This document shows positions 56,340-64,000 of a DNA stretch of 64,000 nt, one piece after another. Below the pieces are notes generated by a model. That model was not told the origin of the DNA and searched no databases. It saw nothing but the letters and a program-made list of their open reading frames with translations. The DNA is taken from NCBI RefSeq assembly GCF_006345805.1, contig NC_043021.1:3348001-3412000 (forward strand), read 5' to 3'. The DNA comes from Octopus sinensis (lineage: Eukaryota). The position numbers were made by a program, and so were the translations under genes. Position 1 is the stretch's first letter; every line of letters starts with the position of its first letter.

Positions 56340-56710
56340 ATACACATGGTTCCGGGTTCAGTCCCACTGCGTGGCATCTTGGGCAAGTGTCTTCTACTAT
56401 AGCCCCGGGCCGACCAATGCCTTGTGAGTGGATTTGGTAGACGGAAACTGAAAGAAGCCTGTCGTATATATGTATATATATATATATTTGTGTGTGTGTA
56501 TATGTTTGTATGTCTGTGTTTGTTCCCCTAGCATTGCTTGACAACCGATGCTGGTGTGTTTACGTCCCCGTTACCTAGCGGTTCGGCGAAAAGAGTCCGA
56601 TAGAATAAGTACTGGGCTTACAAAAAGAATAAGTCCCGGGGTCGAGTTGCTCGACTAAAGGCGGTGCTCCAGCATGGCCGCAGTCAAATGACTGAAACAA
56701 GTAAAAGAGC
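56340..56710 (+). mobile_element. SINE family A, 5'-truncated
   Basis: Aligns to the family consensus. Confidence 0.85.
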
Positions 56711-57424
56711 ACCACATAAATGCTACTGTTTCGTACCTTATATATACGCTGACAGACAAAACAAAGCATGTTATTAACCACCACCCACCACCCTCGCTTA
56801 ATATAAACAAGCTAATGAATGTGCAAACGATGTCTCAACATCGATTCCTCTCTTACCTCGCATTCAATTCCGTCTCGAAAAGACATGATAACGAATCGAT
56901 ATATGATGGATATAAAAGTGATATGAAGTAGCTAGGCCAGTAGAGCACCGGATCGAATACATTAGTGCTCTGATTTTTGTCCTTTTAGAAAAACTGCCGC
57001 AGTCGATCAGGTATCCTCCCGAACTAAGGGATTCGAAAAAAACAAACACAGGGAAACGAAGTGGAGTCATTTGTGTGCCGACTAAATTCTTCCCATACAA
57101 ATATTGGCCTAGCGATTGATTGATTGATTTGGTATACAATGGCGAGTGCATGGCAGGAGAATCTGCTAGACAAGGCCAAGTCAAACCAACCCTTGCAGCC
57201 AGGTTTCGATTCCTAGTGGCAATAACTTAAAACTTATTTGCGATGCTTTTATCCTTAGAAAAGCAGAAGTCATAATAACGCACTCTTTCTCCTAATTCTG
57301 CAACTCGGGGAAATGTAAGGATGAAGATCCGGGAATAAGCAACTCACAGCTTTGTTTCGATTCCACATTGGACTCCCACCAACACCGATTTTGTTTCTTT
57401 ATTATTAAAAAAAAGGGGGGGAGG

Positions 57425-58040
57425 GGTATATTTTTGCAATGAAATTTTGAACAAATGTTTCAGATGGTGCAGATTCCGATTATATCGGTATTTATTAGGA
57501 AACAAAATTTTTTTTCGTGTGTGAAGAGAAGGGGTTTCGGAAAATTCACACACGAGTCAGTTTTGTTTACCCCCAAAGCTTTCAAAAAAAATTTGTAATT
57601 TCAATGAAAATTTCAACAACTATCTTCCACGAAAAACAAAACTGAAGGAACCGTACAGATGCATTCTAACATAATCGTATTTATCTACAAAATGAAACTT
57701 GAAATTTCGGAAATTGTGACAGTATGTATGTGTGTGTGCGTGTTCGGCATTTCTTTTTTTTTTTAATATTAAATTCCGATACAATCGTAATTTACAAACT
57801 CTGAAAGGTATTTGTAGAAAATTCCATAAAATCGAATCCATTTTCCTGAAAGTTATAGGGAAACAAAGCCGACTCGTATGAATTTTCGGAAACTCCTCTC
57901 CCAACCCGCTAAAAAAAATTTTTTGCACGACAGATTCCGATATAATCGGAACTTACATCATCCGAAGTGTATTTGGAGAAAATTTTCATTTAAAAATACT
58001 CATTTTTTAAAAGAAGTTATGAGGAAACAAAGTCGGGGGT
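57425..58040. mobile_element. Diverged foldback element of the same family, in intron 1 of MADF gene A
   Basis: cggaaaattc / gaattttc.g motifs in opposite orientation; related pieces at about 130-300, 1750-1990, 7730-7930 and 63320-63460. Confidence 0.6.
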
Positions 58041-58249
58041 GGCACACTTGTGTAGCTATGCCCCCAGATTGTATCATACTGCAGCGATCATTTCGCTTTG
58101 GCTCACTCGTGCATTCCGAGAAAAGGCTTGGACATCATTTTAATCTGATCGCATTTATTCTCCCAAACAAATTCGAGGTTTTTTTTGTGTCTCCGAAAGG
58201 AATCGATTTGCATTCATCGTTTTTGCAGATGCGAATAAACAACACTTAC

Positions 58250-58427
58250 CAGTCCATCCAGTCCCCATTTGGCTAGCGATTTCCTTCAGAGCCATGGCTC
58301 TCACTGACCGCAGATTATAGTTTTCATGACGGGGATTCCATAAAAATTCGTGTTCCCGATACAGTTTAATGAAATATTCAATTTGACGAGGAGTCATCTC
58401 TAAGTCTACTCTCTCTTTCGCGGCCAT
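58250..58427 (-). CDS. MADF (Myb/SANT-like) protein gene A, exon 1
   Basis: MAAKERVDLEMTPRQIEYFIKLYREHEFLWNPRHENY...GWT; 178 bp, phase-1 donor G|GTAAGT. Confidence 0.88.
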
Positions 58428-60035
58428 TATTTCCCCGCCCGCTGCAGTAAATACTAAGCATATCTCTTATTGGTTAATAAATTAAATTTCTATGAAATGA
58501 TTTTGTAAAAGAAAAAATTCAACAAACATAACTATCGAAATTATACTACATTAATTGTTTTATTAAACAAAAACCACTATATATTTATTTCTGCATCTGT
58601 CTCCTGCAAGATAACAGTCGTTAAACACACATACACACACATACATATATATAAACCCGTTGCTCCGTAACTATACACCTGTCTGCTACAGAAAATAAAT
58701 ATGAACCGTCCGTTTTGGATGACTAATATATACTACAGAAACATTTCTTTAAAACAATAAAAAATATGGGAATAAGTAATCAAGATTTTAGATATGCTGT
58801 TTTCATCTGCCATTGTTAGTATGGTCTCCGGTCAGCCTTGTGACAAAAGACACATCCTGCTATGACAATATCATCTGTTATTGAAACAGTGTATATCAAA
58901 AACTACTTCATTCAATGTGTTTCCTTTCTCCAAGAGAGACTGAAGTTTGCTCTGTGAGAAGAAAGAGAGAGAGAGTGTGTGAGTGGTGGGGAAAGAGAGA
59001 AAGAAAGAGAGAGAGCGACTACCGGGAGATTCCATTGTTTTCTCAATTTTCATTTGTGACTGACTTATAAGAATACTCGTGGCTGTATGGAAAGAAGTTT
59101 GCTTCCTAACAACATGGTTTCGGGTTCAGTCCCACTGTACAGCATTTTCGGCAAGCGTCTTCTACTATAAGTCTCAGGCTGACAAAAGACTGAAGAGAAG
59201 GTTTCGTAGATGGAATCTGAAAAGAAGGCCGTTGCACGTTATCACGGCTTGGAAACCGGTGTTGGTTTGTTTACTAGCGGTTCGGCAAAAATTACCGATA
59301 GAATAAGTAACAGCTTTAAAAATAAGTACAGAGGTCGAATTCCTTCGGGGCGGTGCCCAAGCATGGCTGCAATTCAATGCTTGAAACAAGTAAAAGAGAA
59401 AACGCATCGTCTAGAATTCAAAAACAATAATTTCTGCTAAGCTTTACTACTAGAAAAATCCATTTTGTTTTCGCCAAAGTTCTTAAATTTGTTTGTTATT
59501 ATTGTTTTGTCCCAAACGCTGCAGCTGGTCCAAGACTGTAGTCACGAAAACTTCAATCTAACACCCATTTTTCTTTTTCTTTTTTAAACTCGTATGACAC
59601 CTTGGGCAAGTGTCTCCTACTATAGCCTCGGGCTGACCAAAGCCTTGTAATTGGATTTGGTTGACAGAAACTGAAAGAAGCCCGTCATATATATATACAA
59701 TTCATAAATAAGGGCAAACGAAAAAATTTCTAATGCCAAATATGCCGAAAAATTGGACATATTGTCCATTAACCTTTTATTTTTTTTCACAATACGCACG
59801 CTACTCGAAAAAAGGTCGACAGAAATTTCTAAAAAATTCCATTATTACCATATCGGACCGATTTCAGGGTTAGTTCATAACAGCCCTCCCTTCGTCAGTG
59901 ATACATGTGGCAAAAGAGATAAATGAGATACTTACATTTAAATTTAACATTTAATGGTATTTTTTAATATGCTGGCCATTGATAAAATTTTTTCCGAAAA
60001 GAATTTTTTTCGAAAAAAATTTTATCCTACATTAG

Positions 60036-60067
<32 letters not shown>

Positions 60068-60454
60068 ATATATATTATCCGAATTTTATAATATTAAGTA
60101 TCCATCACGATTAGTCTTACCAATTGGTTTCGTGTAAAAAAATACAATGTAGTATGAGGTAACAATCCAATTATATAACTCTACGCTCATCAGAGATAGC
60201 CGATATCGAAGAGAATAAGGCGACTGCTTTCTGTTGTTGGAGGTGGATTAGTACAACCGGTCAGCAGCTGCTATGAAAAAGTGGTGAAATGAAAAGGGGT
60301 CCATGGGATGAAGCTGGCAAGTTATCTTGAAGTGGGAAAGTGTGTATTATTAATGTAGTGTCCCTGCGGGGAAGGGGTGTGCGGGTTATATATAATGGAC
60401 TCTCCAGTCGAAGACGACGCATGAGCAAAAGCAAAAGCTGAACGACTTGCACAA

Positions 60455-60685
60455 ACGATTTGTTTATAGTGATCAAATGTTTGTGCCGTACATTACCTCA
60501 CTCCTTTTATCAAATCGTCGTTACCTGAACAAGCGCACGAGTGTACAACACGTCAGGTGTCGAAGTGATCGCAGAACGACGCGAGATGAAGCGTTTTGCT
60601 CAAGAACACAATGCACAACCCGGTCTAGGAATTGAAACCACGACTTGCAATCACGAGCGCAACACCTTACCCACTAGACCATGCA
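60455..60685 (-). mobile_element. Additional tRNA-headed SINE
   Basis: Reverse complement gcatggtctagtgggtaagg..gtggtttcaattcctagaccggg..ttgtgttcttgagcaaaac. Confidence 0.65.
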
Positions 60686-60929
60686 CCCACTCACCCACCC
60701 CAACACACACACGCAGGCACACGATGGGCTTCTATTAGTTTCCACCTACCAAATCCATTTATAACGTATCATGCAGCGTGACTGAACCTGGAACCATTGG
60801 TCGAGAAGCAAACTTTTTACCACGCAACCACGCCTTGCGCCAATACAAATAATTTAAATTGCATTCAGATTGCAAAGCCTACTATGATGGCCCACTTGGA
60901 TGGTGAACTTAGAACGTCACCCTGTTTAA

Positions 60930-61300
60930 ATAATAATATAATAATAATAATTGTGTACAGTGCTCAGGTGTAGTTTCGGCGGATTTCGGAAAGCATGAGG
61001 GCCTTAAAGGATGCAGTGTCATGGCAGTCAACAACTGACGCAGGCAGTTTGTTCCATGCTTCAGCAACTCTGAGCGTGAAAAAATGTTTCCGAAAGCCAT
61101 GGGAGCTGTGCTGTTTTCTGACTTTGTAGGCATGTCCACATGTGTTGGACACATGGAGATCAAAAAGGTGTTCAGTGTTGTTATTGTTGGTGAGGTGGTT
61201 GATAACTTTGTGGGTGTTTACCAAGTCCGTCGCCAGACGCCGGAGCTTCAGTGAATCCATGCCCAGGGAAACAAGGCGCTCAATCTGGTTATTTTTCTTT
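60930..61300 (-). mobile_element. CR1-type LINE 3' end
   Basis: ERLVSLGMDSLKLRRLATDL..GHAYK..RKHFFTLRVAEAWNKLP; (ATT)n tail. Confidence 0.85.
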
Positions 61301-61913
61301 AGCGGATTCGCCTCTTGTTGCAAACATTTCAACCAAGCTTCCCATTTCTGAACATCAGTCTCAGAGGTCCTGGAGAGCTACTCGTAATTATAACTGATAC
61401 ACACTACGAACAGCGAGTAAAACGTGGGGAAAATGTTAGATTTATTTTAAATAGAGCTTCGCCCTAGACGGGCACACTAAGTAATACAAGTCGTTGAATC
61501 TGACAAAAGATGGAGCCAGTAATTGTATGCATTGCATTGATTATCTGCTGATCTGAAAGTATTTCGTTGAGATTTACCAATAAAACGAGGAACAGTAGAG
61601 CTGTCCATGAGCCATGCTAATCGAATTGAAACAAAGTTGAAACTAAAATAAATTTAATTTTACGAACGTCATGTAAGAAATTACCAATTTCAGATTCAAA
61701 AATTTTAAGAATGGGCTAATCGATTACATCGACTGCGGAGCTCAACTGATACCCGAAAAGATGAAAGGCGAGGTTGTCTCTGGCGGAATTTGAACCCAGG
61801 ACGTGAAGAGCTGGAAGAAATGACACTAAGCCTTTTGACTGCCGTGTTTACAAATCAACGCTTTATAGGAAAGGAGGTAATACCCCTTCATATTATAGAT
61901 ACAAGACCTGAAG

Positions 61914-62145
61914 GCGGCAAGCTGGCAGAATCGTTAGCACACCGGGCGAAATGCGTAGCCGTATTTCGTCTGTCGTTACGTTCTGAGTTCAAATTCCGCC
62001 AAGGTCGACTTTGCTTTCATCCTTTCGGGGTCGATAAATTAAGTACCAGTTACGCACTGGGGTCGATGTAATCGACTTAATCCCTTTGTCTGTCCTTGTT
62101 TGTCCCCTCTGTGTTTAACCCCTTGTGGGTGGTAAAGAAATATAG
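61914..62145 (+). mobile_element. SINE family D; further copies at about 12300-12480, 30966-31180, 31900-32030, 62150-62340 and 63600-63740
   Basis: Aligns to the family consensus. Confidence 0.85.
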
Positions 62146-62802
62146 ATACAAGACCCGAAATTTTGGGGGTGGAGGGGCAGTCGATTACATTGACGCCAGT
62201 GCTCGAACTGGAGTCATTGTAATCGACATCGAAAGGATGAAAAGACATATCAACGTCAGCAAAATTTGAACCTCAGAACGTAAAGCCGAAAGAAATGCCG
62301 CTGTGTATTTCGTCCGACTTGCTAACGATTTTTCCCACTTCGTCGACCGAGGAGGAGAAGCAATAAGGAAAAATACGTTGGACGCCATGACGAAAAATGA
62401 TTAATTGAATGCCAAGGGAAATAACTCTGTTTTTCGTAATTACCGTCAAAATTTTTTATACACAAATTATTTAGAAAAATTAATAATTTTCGATTATTTA
62501 AAAAATAACCAGTCAAGCAATAATAAAACAACAAATACATATTTGCCGAGCAATTAAAAATATTTTTTAGAAAATATATTTTGTCGCTCAATTATATTTA
62601 TTTGTTTAATGACGAATGACTCGCCGAAGATTCATATCACTGCAGTCGACATAATGAGTCAATGCATGCTTCCGACTCGTGGTAGAGTGTTTATATATAT
62701 TTTTCTTCTTTTTTTTTTTTTCTGTCTTGCTTCCTGACTCGCTTTTTAACCAATCACCATCGCGTTTATTTATATAATGAACTCTTGGGGTAGCACACAG
62801 CG

Positions 62803-62971
62803 ATGGAGCGAGTCGATTTGGCTATGAATCCGAGTCAAATTGAATATTTCATCGGGCTGTACCGCGATCAAGAGCACCTTTGGAATTCACGTCATCAGTG
62901 TTATAATATGCGGTCGGCGAGGACTCTGGCTCTTCACGAAATCGCCAGTAAAATGGGCGATGGCTGGACAG
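62803..62971 (+). CDS. MADF protein gene B, exon 1 (paralog of gene A; remaining exons outside the window)
   Basis: MERVDLAMNPSQIEYFIGLYRDQEHLWNSRHQCY...GWT; 39/56 aa identical to gene A; phase-1 donor G|GTAGGA at the same codon. Confidence 0.85.
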
Positions 62972-63551
62972 GTAGGATAATTTACGTTTTTTGCATTCGT
63001 GTTTGAACTGAAGATAAATATGTCCACTATAACATAACGTACGAGCGTGACTCCTTAAATATGTTTGGAAAGAGGGAACAAATTATAAGTTGATTTGCAT
63101 AAATTCAGATCCTACTGGCATTTGCCAGTAATCAATAATAGTTGTTTATGTGTGCACAAGTCTTCAAAGCGGAAGGTTTAGGCTTGATTGGTATTTAAAT
63201 TAATTAGCGGCCATCGGAGGGATGAAAAGCGAAGCTGACCACGGCTGAATTCGAACTCAAAGCGTAAAAAGTTTGACGTATAACTACACTTGTGTGCCTC
63301 CGCCCCATCGAATTTATTTACTCATAAGTTTCTGAAAATTTGATATTTTTCAATGAAATTTTTTTACATACACGTTTTAGATGGTGTAACTTACGACTCT
63401 GTCGGAATCTGATGTGGAATAAAAACAAAAAAAAAATAAAGAAAAGAAATTGGGAGGTGGGTATAAATGAACACTTTTTACTTTCAACTTCTGTAACTTT
63501 CTATATAATGTTTACAGGAAAATTTTGTATGAAAGGCAAGTACAATACTAA

Positions 63552-63593
<42 letters not shown>

Positions 63594-64000
63594 TTCTTTA
63601 CTACCCACAAGGGGACAAACAAGGACAGACAAAGAGATTAAGTCGATTACATCGACTCCAGTGCGTAACTGGTACTTAATATATCGACCCCGAAAGGATG
63701 AAAGGCAAAGTCGACCTCGGCGGAACTTGAACTCGGAACGTATATATATATACACTGCTCTACATTTTAGAGTGTGCTTCTACTTTCGGATTTGTTTATT
63801 ATAAACGAGATATATATATATATATATATAAAATCGCAGTCTTAATCTCTCTTTCCAACAAACTCAAAAGTAGCCCATCTATACGTGGTCTTTCAGTATG
63901 CTAGAAGTAGCAGTCAAATCCCTCTAGTTTTAGATAAGCGTGGTTTGATCGGAAATAGGAGCCAGTGGTGGTATTTTAAGCCCTAAAATATGAAAATAAA

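Overview
AT-rich, SINE-dense animal genomic DNA. The repeat families and gene content point to a coleoid cephalopod, most likely Octopus; this is inferred from pattern recognition, with no database search. Supported genes: (1) a ~2,793-aa C2H2 zinc-finger protein encoded by one 8.4-kb coding exon (18204-26585, +), with three internal 10/11-residue tandem arrays including 68 in-register 33-bp units; (2) two head-to-tail copies of a single-coding-exon cyclic-nucleotide-binding-domain gene (41455-43281 and 44438-46252, +) inside a ~3.0-kb tandem duplication, with near-identical non-coding flanks but patches of almost purely amino-acid-changing divergence; (3) a three-exon MADF(+BESS-like) gene on the minus strand (58427->49849, 305 aa) and exon 1 of a divergently transcribed paralog (62803-62971, +). 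The rest is interspersed repeats: several tRNA-headed SINE families, RTE and CR1 LINE 3' ends, a Gypsy integrase broken by an inversion, a decayed maT/mariner, tandem Helentron-like elements, piggyBac-type and foldback MITEs, and several Penelope-type fragments carrying minimal hammerhead-ribozyme motifs, one of them fused to a tRNA-derived head. Repeat boundaries were read by eye and are approximate (about +/-10-20 bp).
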